A stretch of 64,000 bases of DNA from Amoebidium appalachense (Eukaryota > Protista > Ichthyosporea). This document shows, one piece after another, positions 24,635-49,637 of this stretch (its first letter is position 1; the number at the start of each line of letters is the position of its first letter). The notes beneath the pieces were generated by a model that saw only the letters and a list, made by a program, of their open reading frames with translations, made no database searches and was not told the origin of the DNA. The position numbers were made by a program, and so were the translations under genes. The stretch is taken from positions 5,844,259 to 5,908,258 of the forward strand of contig CAVNZM010000002.1 in the NCBI GenBank assembly GCA_963693365.1, in the 5' to 3' direction.

Positions 24635-26194
24635 ATGATCTTAAATATCCACCAGGTTTGTTAGACCCTACATCTTAATTTTTGAAAAAGAAAAGAAAAA
24701 AAAAAGCACTATTTTTCTTTATTTCAAATTATCTTAATATTAGTCACCCCCTGTAGTATAACAAGATTTTGATAAAATAGCCTCTGATAAAAGAGTATCA
24801 ACACTTACATATGTAAAAAAAATTATTTACATACTTATTTGACTTTCGAAAGTATAGTACACATCGAGAAATGTACAATTCGCATCAATCGGATTTTCCA
24901 TATTTGGGCCAATCCTCCATTGAATCAATTTTCCTATGAGATGGATGGTATTTCCGGATATTTTCCTGTGAAGCATCAATACCATGCTCACCATCCACAT
25001 ACCATGGTCGGAAATGTATCGTACCATGCAAAAAAAGTTGGATGGTATTTTTGAAAACTGGATGGTATTTTAGAGGGTTTAAACGCCGTTTTGGTCACCC
25101 CTGGCCCGCCAGGTCATTGCTTTTTTCCCAAACTTTTGATTGGCCAAGAGGGCCGAAAGAGAACACCTCTGTTCTACACTGGCAAGATTAATGCTTAGTA
25201 TACGTACCGCGGAGGATCTACCCTTCCCCCCCCCCCCCCCCCCCCCCCCCCCCCATACTCCTCCCCTATCTCCTTAAACCCAATCTTCGGTCATGTGACC
25301 GGACCTTTTCTGGCCGAGATTGGGAATAAGAGCATTCGACAGAGGCTGAGCGGATCAGTCTAAGAAGTTATTGAATTGAACGCGGCATCCCTTTCTGTCA
25401 TGCAGAAAGCTGTGCCATAGCTATAGACTCTCACTCGTGTCTTTGTCGTTGTAAGGCCCCGATATGTACCTTCCACGATCGACTGGCCTAACTTTAATAT
25501 CCAATGAGCAGTGGTCATTATAAATTTATTTTGATCTGGGACCAAATTGGTGATTGGTCAATCGATCATGATGTCCAGGCTTCGAATTCAATCGTCATCT
25601 GGTGAAAATGGTTCCTTAACAAAGAACACACATATCCTAATAAAAGTTTTTCTGCATGCGCGTCGCTAACAAACAAATCGTACCGCTCGATAGAGAAAAA
25701 AACAGCTTTCATTTAAGTACAGGGTCGAGGGGGTTTCGATCGCTGCGATGGGTCGAAAATTACAAAAAACAAAAAGTGTCTTCTTGTGGAAGGTACATAT
25801 TAGATTTTTCACTTCCCACCCATCCACCCACCCAACCCCAACCACCCACACATGTGCATACACACACCCACACACACAGACACAAATGCACACCCTCCCA
25901 AGAGTATCCCAAATATATATATATCGGCCCGTCAGACTATACGGAATGTAAAGATTTCGGCACTGAAATCGACATATACGGCGGATGGCCTCCTGAGTGC
26001 AGACGATTAATATTCCCGGATTCTAGGAACAAAGCATCTGAAATTTGGACCAAGTGCCGGCAGCTTGAATCTTTGAAGTACGGAAGACGACTACTAAATT
26101 TCACTACCTTGGGTCTAGCGGGTAGCTTGCCGACAAGGCCGATACGTACACTTAGCTTGAAGTTCCATCATATGCCCAGGACGACCCCCTCCAT

Positions 26195-26358
26195 ATATAG
26201 CTGCCAGGCAGCCTTGCAGGCACATACTGAACCGTGCAATGGCCCCCTCTATATAGCTGCCAGGCCGCCTTGCAGGCACATACTGAACCGTGCAGCGATC
26301 CCCTCTGTAACGATATATAGCTGCCAGGCCGCCTTGCAGGCACATACTGAACCGTGCA
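26195..26358. repeat. Three 44-bp direct repeats, period 56-64 bp
   Basis: atatagctgccaggc(a/c)gccttgcaggcacatactgaaccgtgca at 26195, 26251 and 26315. Confidence 0.9.
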
Positions 26359-26626
26359 ATGCATGGCCATGGCAAGCCATATAAGAAAACAAAGGTAGTA
26401 CATGGGCCAAAGGGTTGCAGCTGTACTGCAGGCAAGTGCTCACCTCCACACTTTGTGCACATGTAACAAGACCACACAATCAGTCGACTATATTCAAAGC
26501 GTGGCCCAGCCACCAAGTAAATACAACCGATATGATATATCACAGCAGTACAGTAAGAAAGCAAGAGGCCGCCCAGCAGATACTACCCGGCACGTACCAG
26601 TGCCCACTCCATGCACAGGCCAGTGC

Positions 26627-38879
<12,253 letters not shown>

Positions 38880-39529
38880 GGTGGTGCTTGTCTGCGAGCG
38901 CAGAGAGACAGATGGAACAAATAAAGTTGTCCTACCCGGTGTTGCCTGCGAGCCTTGGTGGTGACGGGGAGTGTGACCAGGGCAGGCGCGTGTCAATCTT
39001 ATCGGATGCCGGATCGGTCACTGTGCCAGTGAATCACACCCGCGAGCCTCCTTTGAGTTCCCTAACAAGCACGTAAATGAGGGCAACAAACACAAAGCCA
39101 TCAACTACAAAATGAAAAAAACATGTAATTCAGCAGCTCTGCTACTCTATGGTTGTTGCTTTTCTTTTTTTTTGGTAGAGCAAAGCATATGGCAAAACAA
39201 AAGAAGGCTTTGGGTTACCAGGGCTAGAAAACAAGGAGCGATTTGATTGGTTCTTATAAACCAATGGCGTTGTGCCTCGCGTTAATTGGCTACAAAAGGA
39301 ATGTGGCGGGCTCTCTGGAGTGATCAGTTTCGAAACTCTTGTCAAGAGTCTTGAGTCTTGACAACAGCAAAAAGAAGTCTTGCCGACAGTATTCCTACTA
39401 CACAACCCCAACTCGAAAACGTGCCCGCCCAAAAGGCAGATTACTTAGCCTTCCCACGTTGCTTTTCATGCAGGTACCCCGTCGTATAATAGCCATTGTC
39501 CCTGGGTGCCTGTCAGGGCAGTCGTAGCC
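38880..39529. promoter_or_regulatory. Putative bidirectional promoter for THR4 and TMEM208
   Basis: 650 bp between divergent start codons, free of microsatellites, with CCAAT/ATTGG boxes at ~39246, ~39261 and ~39285. Confidence 0.6.
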
Positions 39530-40328
39530 ATGGTGAGTGCAACGGAGGAAGGAACTAGGGGGAAGGGGGGGAAGGGTTGTTGACGTAGGGGCACAGGCAA
39601 ACAAGTCAAACAAGAAGACGCTGGACGCAAACAAGAAGTTTCTCAGCACGCACCTCTACGCTCTAGTGGCCGTACTGGTGAGTATGGAAACGGTGAAATA
39701 AGAGGGGGGGGGGGGGAGAGGGGGAGGGTAAGGAGGAGGGGGGAAGGGGGGGGGGGGGGAGGGGGGGGGGGGGGGGCAGGGTGGAAGAGGGGGGGAGGGA
39801 GCGGGAGAGGGGGATGGGGCGGGGAAGGGGAGGCTGTGTGGTTTTGAGGTGGAAGATTAGGTGAGGCGCGACAGTTTCCTTGGCGGGATATGAGACAGTA
39901 TTGGAGTTAATGGACTTTCAAAGGGAAAAAATATTGATAACACCCACACACTCTCCCTTTCTCTCTCTTTCCCTCCCCCTGCACCTCCCCCCCCTCCACC
40001 CCCCCCCCGCCTTTCTCTCTCCCCCCATCCCCACACCCCCCTCCCTCCCTCCCTCGCTCCCCTTGCCCATCGCTCCCTCTCTCCCTCCCTCCGTCCCTCT
40101 TCCCTCTCCCTCCCTACCTCCCTTTTCCCCCCCACCCCCCTCCTTTCCCCTCCCCCCTCTCCTCCCTTCCTACCTCTTCCCCCCTCTCCCAACCTCCTCC
40201 TCTACTCCCTCCCTCCCTCTCTCCCTCGCTCTCTTCTCTCTCTCTCCCACTCTCTCTCTCTCCCTCCCTCCCTCCCTCCCTCCCTTCTCCCCCGTCTCTC
40301 ACTCTTGCTCTCCCTCTTTCTCTCTCTC

Positions 40329-40380
<52 letters not shown>

Positions 40381-40829
40381 CACCTTTCCCTTCCTCTCGG
40401 TGAGTCTATTTTCCTCTTTATTTGCCCCCCCCCCCCCCCCCCCCCCCCCCCCGCCCCCCTCTCCCTCCCTTCCTGCAGACAACCCGTGTCCTCCCCATCA
40501 ACTTCCCCCTCTTCCTCCACCTCCGTCCCCCCCCTCCCCCCCCCCTCCGGGCACCCATACGTTTGGCACCCCTTTGCATTCTAGTCCACACTCAAAGTGT
40601 GCCATGAGGTTGGCCTTCTCCCCCCTCGCCCCCCCCCTCCCCCCTTAAAACTTAAGAAGGATCGATGTGGTTCTTACTCACGGCTGCTTTCCGAACCATT
40701 TTTTTTTGCTGTGATGTGGTTTGTTGTTCCACGCACACGACCACTCGAGAGCTCTCTCTATTCTTCCTCCGATCTCTTCAGCTATTCTTCTCCGTCTTTC
40801 TTACCGCCTCTCGCGCTTTTGCGCATGCA

Positions 40830-40869
<40 letters not shown>

Positions 40870-41492
40870 TTTCCCCGCGCCCCTCCCCCTCCCTCCCTCC
40901 CCTAAATGCATACTCTTTGAGTCTTTCCGAAATCTACCATGTGTTGTATGCTACGAATGTCTATTCTACACTGCAACGCATTCTACTCCCCCAACCCCCC
41001 TCCTCCTCCTCCTCTTCTCCCTCTGTCCCCCCTCCCTCCCCCGGCGCCCCCTCCTTGTATGGTGGCCATGCACACTGATGTCCATATCGGCACATACACC
41101 CAAACACAGGCAAAGGAACACACTTGCGCGTGCATGGAGCCATGTGATGCCTGGCTGACATGCACACCCACACGTGTTCAACACACAGGCCTGCACGGTT
41201 ATATCTGACACTGCACACGAACCCACCATACACACACACGCGTGCGGGCACGCACACACACGTGCACGCGCACACACGCACAAATATGCCGCTGCCTAAG
41301 CCACGGCACCTTCAGCCCCCTTGCATAGACTTGCATGTTATTGGATAAATTTGGGCTGGATGGTAGTGGTGGAGGGTGATGAGGCCGTCCCCTGTATTGT
41401 GGGTGCTGATTACTGCTTGCAGGGGTTCTACATCCTCGGCCGCTTTGTGTGGGCCTACGGCACAGTCACCACATGGACTTATGTACAGCCCC

Positions 41493-41539
<47 letters not shown>

Positions 41540-42022
41540 ACACCCTCTCCCAGATGCCCTACTCCTGCTACAGAAAATTCTCCTAGATGCAGATACTCTC
41601 TCTGAGAAGAATAGTTCACAAAGTGATTCTGTTTTTCTCCCCTCCCCTCTTCCTCCACCCCCCCCCCCCCCCCCCCTCCCCTCCTCCCACCTCACCTTCT
41701 CTTCCCCCCTTCCGCGTCCGCCCCCCCCCCCCCCCCTCCCCCTCCCCCCGCGAGGCTTCTACCGCCTCCTGTTTCATCCGTCATTGCATTTATGCTAAGC
41801 GAACCCAAGTTGGCTGCCTCCTTGTGTTTGGGGCATGCAGCACCGTGGTTTTGGCTACATCTCAAGCTCAAATCATGTGCCATAGCTCTTCTTTGCTGAT
41901 GCTACAACACCCCACCTTTTTTTTTCACGATAATTAGGGATGGGCAGAGGTTGAGCTTGTTTGTGGGCAGGTCCCATGGGGACACAGATGGTGCTGGGGT
42001 GCCAGGCCGGGGTGTGTGTGTT

Positions 42023-42053
<31 letters not shown>

Positions 42054-44851
42054 GGGGGGATGAGCTTCCTTCCTAACCCTGCCGCTGGGCACCCGGTACA
42101 CGTGTGTATACCCGTAGATGCATGCCAATGCGCCAACAAACAGAACAAGGGCTGCACACATTTATGCATTCTAGTTTTGTTGAGGCTCAACCATGCCCAC
42201 AAGGGATACACACATCCACACAACACACTTCAAAGTCCACCGACAGACATAGGCACACACACACACTCATGAGCACAAGTGCCCACACCTTTTAACTCTT
42301 CAAGTGCACGTGCACTTGCACCAACACTTACCCAAAGGCACACACACACACACACATACACACACACACTTTTCTGTGCATTAATCCCCCCTAACTGCAT
42401 ATCTACACCCCCCAAATTGAAACGTTCTCCCCCCTCCCCTCCCCTCCCCCCCCCCCCCCCCCCTCCCCCCTCCTCCCTCCCTCCAGGTGCAGCTAGTGCT
42501 ATCATCATGCTGTGAGGTGGCCCTCTATCTTCAATTCCGGTCCATAGCCACCCCCGCCTACGGCCCTACGGGGGAATTGCTGCACGGTGGTGATGACCTC
42601 ACTAACCCCGGCCTAATTGAGTCTGTGACCCCCCCCCCCCCCCCCCCCCTCCCCCCACCCATCCACCCCACCCACCCACCCATCCACCCACCCCCTTTCC
42701 CCCCCTACCCCTCCCCCTCCCCCCAAAGCCCCCCCCTCCCCCCCCCCCCCAAAAAAAAAAAAAAAAAAACGGCTCCCTTCCATGGCCAAACTCCGCCCCT
42801 CCACCCTCCTTACGGCCGACACCACCACAACCACAAGCGCACGAAGATCATATGTGTGCACACATCCTCGAACACACTCAAATCGCAACACCCCACCTCC
42901 CTGCCTGCTGCTTTTTGCCTGCCAGTTCCACCATCCCTGCCCCCCCCCCCCCATTCCGCTGCTGCTACCCTAGACATTGAACGGTTCGAGCTGCTTTCTC
43001 TCCTCTCCTTTGCGTTCATATACCTATTGCTAGAACCCCCCTCCTCCCCATTGCAGATAGCCAATCCAGCAGTGGGCTGGGTAAGGCAGATAGCTGTGTT
43101 TGTAGTGTCGTGGCGTACGCGGAATCTTCCTTATGTAGTTGCAACAGTAGCTGCTCGTCGGAAGGGTTGTTTTTTTTTGTTTTTGTTTTTTTTTGTTTTT
43201 TTTTGTTTTGTTTTTGGGGGGGGGGGGGGGGGGTACATGGGGGAAGCTGATATGACAATGTATGGAACTAGTGTCAGTGCGTGTACGGGCAGCTTCGCGT
43301 GTGTGGCATGTGTCTGTATGCTTGGGGGATAAGTTGGTGGATTTGTGTGGACGAGGCAGGAGAAAGGAGGGGTTTGGGGGAGAGAGAGAGTGTGCATGTG
43401 CAGAGGAGGGAGAAGCCGGGGGGGGGGGGGGGGGGGTTCAAAAGAAGGGAAACTTGGTGCTGTGCTGATGGCCTGTGTATTGTGTGTGTGCTAGCGGCAT
43501 GCGTGTGGGTGCATGCCACGTGACACTAGACAGGCACATGCCATGTCACCAGCCAACACAAGCAGACACAGGCACACACCTGCCACATTAAGACCATAGG
43601 CGGATGGTACACAGCCACGGATACATGGATGCACACACATACACAGTCACGGATATAGGGAAGAGTACGCATACACAGTCACGGATATCAGGGGGCACAC
43701 AGTCACGAATACACTGATGCACACACACACACAGTCACGGATGTATGAATGCACACACACACACAGTCACGGATGCTTGGATGTACACACCTTCAGAACA
43801 CAGGTGCATGATGCACACACAGAGAGAGTACAGATGCAGGCATGCACACAGTGCTGCGGTAGAAGCCAAGATGGACCAGTCGGCAAAACCACGATGTGCA
43901 TACACAGCATATACCTCGGCAGCACACCACTGCAGCCAAACGTGTTCAGCACACACACACACCATGCCCTGCCATCTTGTTCAACACGTGCTCACACGTT
44001 ACTGGCGCAGGTACATGCGGGATGTGCTGTACGTGACCATGGCCTGCCAGGTCCTGGCCGTCTTCAGCGACTCGGCCTGGTGGCTGTGGGCCGTGGTGCG
44101 TGCCCTGTGTGTGCTTGTAGACTCAATGCACTATTGGCTGTGGATCACCTCACCCAATTTGGCTGGGGTGTGCGCTTTTATGGTTTTATGGACTATCGAC
44201 TGGTGTTCGTCCCTATACATACCCCTGTGTTAGTTATAGGCTGGTGTGTGTGCTTGTATTATACCTCCGATAAACCAGCCAATGGTTGTGCCTACAACAC
44301 TTCAGCGATTCTCGGGGGATTTGCGTACTCATACCACTTCAATAGGTCATACGTGTGCTTATACCACTTCAATACGTCATACGTGTGCTGATACCACTTC
44401 AATACGTCATACGTGTGCTTATACCACTTCAATAGGTCATATGTGTGCTTATACCACTTCAATAGGTCATACGTGTGCTTATACCACTTCAATAGGTCAT
44501 GTGTGCTTATACCACTTCAATAGGTCATATGTGTGCTTGTACCACATCAATAGGTCATATGTGTGCTTATACCATTTCACTGATAAGGTTACTGGAGAAT
44601 ATACATAACTTCCCTGGTCATCAGCACGCGTGTACTCATGTCCACTTCGTTTTATCCATTTTCCCTGCCCCACCACCACCCCCCGTTACTCACGCACCCC
44701 CATGCAGATACCTGTGTTTGCGCTGTACCAGGGATGGACCCAGCTGCTTCAGCCCTACCTTGCTAGCAGGTCTGCCGGGGGGGGCGACGCGGGGGGGCCT
44801 GTGGGCAACCGGAGAGAGCGCAGGCAACAGGGCAGAGAGAAGGCACGCTAG
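39530..44851 (+). CDS. TMEM208: SND2/TMEM208 (DUF788) ER-targeting membrane protein
   Basis: Exons 39530-39532 (ATG only), 39597-39677, 41423-41482, 42487-42620, 44011-44095, 44708-44851. Product MANKSNKKTLDANKKFL...PAYGPTGELLHGGDDLTNPGLIEYMRDVLYVT...SDSAWWLWAVIPVFALY...NRRERRQQGREKAR*. Confidence 0.9.
43609..43790. repeat. Degenerate ~32-bp minisatellite with a conserved 14-bp core
   Basis: acacagtcacggat (with variants) six times, separated by variable 10-18 nt linkers. Confidence 0.75.
44331..44576. repeat. 30-bp tandem repeat, about 8 units
   Basis: ataccacttcaataggtcatacgtgtgctt repeated in TMEM208 intron 5. Confidence 0.95.
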
Positions 44852-44859
44852 GTGTGCAT

Positions 44860-44890
<31 letters not shown>

Positions 44891-45448
44891 TACAACCACA
44901 CAACATTTATCTGCTTGCTAGGTACGTGTTCTTGTGTGCTGTTAAACGGCTATGCACCCCATCTTGTGCCCACTGAGTAGGGCTACTGAGAGGCACTGCT
45001 GGGGGGGCCGGGGGGGGGGGGGGGGGGGGAGGAGGAGGAGGGGGGGGGGGGGGGGGGAGGGGGGGGGGGGGGGGGGGGGAGGGAGGGAGGGGGGGGGGGG
45101 GGGCAATCATTACGCAGACAGCCAAGCAGTTGCACCCGTTTGTAAAACCCCACATATAGGTCACGATAAACGACGTTGATAAACATACGTTCATATGGGA
45201 TGTGTTTTTTAAGGATTTAAGGGAGGGTGATGCCTTTTAGAAAGGCGGCTTATATAGAATGAGCCAGTTCAAGCGTAAAATAAACATCAATCCACATACC
45301 TCGATGTCGATTCCACTGGTTGGCAGCATGGATGCAGGTAACGCAGCAGTGTGTGTGCGCATCTTGCATGTGGCTCATGTGGTACCTGCTTCAATTAAGT
45401 ATCTATGGAAGGCCCTCACCACTGATATACTCGAAGTCATATGACCAT

Positions 45449-45518
45449 GAGGGGTCACCCGCAAGTTGCATATATTTGCATATATTTGCATATATTTACA
45501 ACTTGCGGGTGACCCCTC
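45449..45518. mobile_element. 70-bp miniature inverted-repeat element
   Basis: Perfect 20-bp TIR gaggggtcacccgcaagttg / caacttgcgggtgacccctc, flanked by CAT on both sides. Confidence 0.75.
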
Positions 45519-45718
45519 CATGTATGGTAGGTGCTTTGCCTATTTATGTGAAGTGTATGTGACCATATATGGAATGCACATTTCCATGTATGGAAGGTGC
45601 ATTTCCATGTATGGAAGGTGCATTGCCATGTATGGAAGGTGGGGGGGGGGGACGGGGGTCTACATTCTTTCGGTACGTGTTTGCTTGGGCCTAGGTTCGG
45701 AACCTTTCCGAGATCTAG

Positions 45719-45760
<42 letters not shown>

Positions 45761-46264
45761 AGGGGAGGGGGGGGGGGGGGAGGGGGGGGGGGGGTTATCT
45801 TCGTTTGTTTTTAGGGTTGGAACTAGGCTTTGGAGGGGGTGGGGTGGGGTGGGGGATAGGGGGGTGGGGGGGGGGGGGGGGGGGGGGGTGAATACTGTGT
45901 GTTAATGTGTAAGAGAGGGGAAAGAGCGAAGGAGGAAGGGAAAGAGGGGAGGGGGGGGGGGGGGGGGGGGGGTACGGAGGGAGGGAGAGAGGGAGGGAGG
46001 GGGGCTGGGTGGGTGGGAGGGTGGGTGGGAGGGAGGAGGATGGAAGAAGGAATGGAGGATGGGAGTGAGGGAGGAAAGGAGCAGGTAGGGAGGGAGAGTC
46101 GGGGGGCGGGGAATTTGAGAGCTCCGATGACAGTATGTATCAATCTGTTTGGTACATTCTGCATGACAAAACCACCAAAGAGCACCGTGCAACAGTCACT
46201 CTCAGGCCTGCAGTAAACTACCCATCCGCAAAACAAACACCACAAACCAAACACTACATGGACA

Positions 46265-47470
46265 TACGAAAGCATGGCACTCGCATGTATTCGTCAGGAA
46301 TCTTCCTGGCCACCTTGGCGGCTGTAGCCAGGAACTCTGAGAACACTTCGGGGGGAGTGTGTGCTCGTTCTTCACGAGGAACTTGAATACACTTGCCATA
46401 AGCTTGTCAAACACATGACCTTCACACCTGCGGAGGGAGTATGATTGGAACCCGAACCAACCGAATGCGGCTACAGAATGTACGAAGGTATAATGCAGAT
46501 ATTTGGTGTGGCATAATCTCCCACCATTTAAAGCGTGTTGGACCAATCGGGGGCGGAAGCAGGACGCAAGCATGTTGGGGTGCCAATCTTTAGGCCTTGT
46601 AATGTGTTCAACGAGAGCTAGTTTGTGAAAGTTCGAATGGGTGGACATAGGTTATATATATTGAAAAGAAAGAAAGGGGGGGAAAGGGGGAGGGGAGGGG
46701 GGAGGGGGGTATATGATGGGGGGGAGGGGGGGGGGGGGGGCTTGAAGGTTGCATTCCAACAAGATAATGTGTGGATGGCTACATATTCTTTAAATGTGGT
46801 CGGTGTGTTGTGCAACAGTGTGAATATGGAATAGTGGAGCTATGTATCATTGGGAACGTGTCTCACATACAAGTAGTCTGAGTTGGTGGGAAAGGTATGT
46901 TTGCTTGTTTCTGTTTTGTATACTACGATAACTGGGCAGAGAACTGTTTCCACGGGAACGGCGGGGGAAAGAGGGGGGGGAGGGGAGCGGGGGGGAGGGA
47001 AGGAATAAGTTTGTATGGGTGTGTATTGAAGGGAGAACGGGGAACATACTCTGTAATGTTGCCAATGTCCCGGCCCAGCTTCTCCCTAGTGTCGAAGTCC
47101 ATACTGGGGTAGTCCTTGATGAGGCCGGCCTTGATGGGGTCCATGTCGCCTGTCTGTGTCTCCACCCCCTCATGGTCCCTGTCTGCATTTTCGTCCTGCA
47201 ACCACACAACACATAAGTTTGTGCTCACTAGTGTGCAGGTCAGATGCCTGTGGTGGAGAAGTCATAGAGACTGAGCACGTGGTACCAAGGTAGGAGTGTG
47301 TTCATGGCCAAAGCTTACTGTAAATACGAAAAACAGAAAAATGACTGGGGTGTACGCAATCACACCGTCACACCATCATCCACCCACCCACCCACCCACC
47401 CACGCAGGTGTATTCACACACACGTGCGCGCGCACACACGCACACGCAAACGCACACGCACACACACACA

Positions 47471-47518
<48 letters not shown>

Positions 47519-48021
47519 AATGCACGCACAGTGATACAACCACACACAGTCCTCAATGGTACCTCCCTTTCCCTATTCAGTATGCACCCCTCCCCGCCTC
47601 CCCCCCCCCCCTCCCCTCCCCCCCCCCCCCCCCCGCCCCGTTCCCCCGGGTGCACCACCTACCGCCATGTGTGCAGCTACGAACAGCTCGATCACTTCAA
47701 CACTGAAGCCACCGTGGAGCAGCATATTGAAATGCTCGGGGAATGCCTTCTTGTAGGCAAGAAGCTGCTTCCACGTCAGTTGCACCAGCAAGAGGCACCC
47801 CGCTAGTCATCACCATATGCACATGAGCTGTCTGTTGTGGAATCGCGTTTCCGCTGACCACAATTTCAATCAACCTCAAGCAAGAAGACCTTCTTAATAG
47901 GCCAGGTGCAACCTACCTAAACCCTTCTCCCCCTCCTCTCCGCCCCCCCTTCCTCCTCCTCCTCCCCGGATGGCCTAATCTTTTCTCATTGTATGATGTT
48001 TGGGAACAGGGAGAGAAAAAA

Positions 48022-48054
<33 letters not shown>

Positions 48055-48612
48055 ATTCAGGTGCACAATGTCATGACTGTGTGCACACAACAGGGGCACA
48101 ATCCACACCTCACGGCAAACACATACACCTTGCGGCAAACACATACATGACCAAGCGCACACCTGCATACACGGCGACAAGATTACATGCCCAGCCCAGG
48201 CGTGCAGCATCGAACCAGAACACCATCTAAGTACCGCATGGGCTTAGTAAGGCAGCGAGGCACCTATCGAGAGCACCACCTCAGAGGATCAGAAGGACAA
48301 AATAGTACCCACCCGCTAGCTGACATCTGACTGCTCTTCAGAGACCCCACGGCGGTGCCTGCGCAGCTCTGTCTGCACAGCGGCTCTGGCCTCCAGCGAC
48401 AACATCAGGCGGAAATGCCCTTAAGCTTCTCCCTTGCCCTTGTCCTCCACTGAGGCGTCGCTGTTGATCTTCTGTACTAAGGGCATACCATGTCAGCTAT
48501 CAAGAGCACCAGGTCTGTGCACTATACTGCTTCAAAGTGGGTTGTGGGGATGGGTGCAAGGGGCAAGCTACACACAACAGGAAAATCAACCTTATTTTTC
48601 TTCTTTTTCTGT

Positions 48613-48663
<51 letters not shown>

Positions 48664-49084
48664 ACAAGACCTAGAGCGGGTGCTTCTACAGGTGATCACC
48701 GCCGTACGAAACAGTGTTGACCAACTATCCCACTCTCCTCCATCCCAGCATATATGTATGAACTGCAACTAAACGTCAAGCAGATTACAACAACAACAAC
48801 CCCCTTCCCCCCCCCCCCATCTGAATGGTATACATAGTGCCCTTGGGGTATGCTCTCTCGGCCCGATTCTCACTTCCTAATACTCTCCAGACACCCAGCT
48901 CACCCCGTACATCTGCATTCGCCCCAATCTCACCCCCTCGGCCCCTCATCCCCTCGCGTAATCCACCATAAAATATTGTGAGCGACTGGCCGAAAAATGC
49001 TCCCCCCCCCCCCCCCCCCTTCCCTCACCCTTACTAACTAGTAGGTTAAATACACACTGAACCACGGAATAAAACACGCACACA

Positions 49085-49150
<66 letters not shown>

Positions 49151-49481
49151 CACACACACACACACAAAGTTTAACAGAGACACAAACTGACAAACACACA
49201 GTCACGATGTTTACAGGAGGCAACAAGTGACTGTCCAATCTTAGGTGTGGGAGTTAAGATGTTGCTTGCCCAGATATCCCATCAGCGCCACAGCACGTGT
49301 CAGGTACATGGAGAACGGGTGTTTTGTGTATGTTAAAAGTATCCTTTAGTAATGGCAAACCAAGGAGATTATCATAAAAATTAAATTTCCCAAACATTTT
49401 GTAAATATGTACCTGTCGAATAGATGGAAATTTAGAGCCACATGTTTTATGGCTGGTTTGTATTCATTGTCTGCATATCAG

Positions 49482-49537
<56 letters not shown>

Positions 49538-49606
49538 ACAAACACACACAAACGAGAGAGCGTGAGAGTGAGCGCGAGAGCGAGAGAGAGGGAGAGGAAG
49601 AGGGAA

Positions 49607-49637
<31 letters not shown>

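Noticed and set aside
26195-26358. CRISPR-like repeat/spacer pattern (also at 43609-43790)
   Set aside because: Spacers are only 10-20 nt and resemble each other, there are no cas genes, and the context is eukaryotic.
25656-26384. 242-aa ORF
   Set aside because: It runs through CA-rich sequence and the 44-bp repeats and has no recognisable motif.
46265-48990. Alternative genetic code (TAA/TAG read as Gln) to explain the in-frame stops
   Set aside because: UTP25 and MgtE end in TAA and TMEM208 in TAG, host exons have no internal TAR codons, and the region also has frameshifts.
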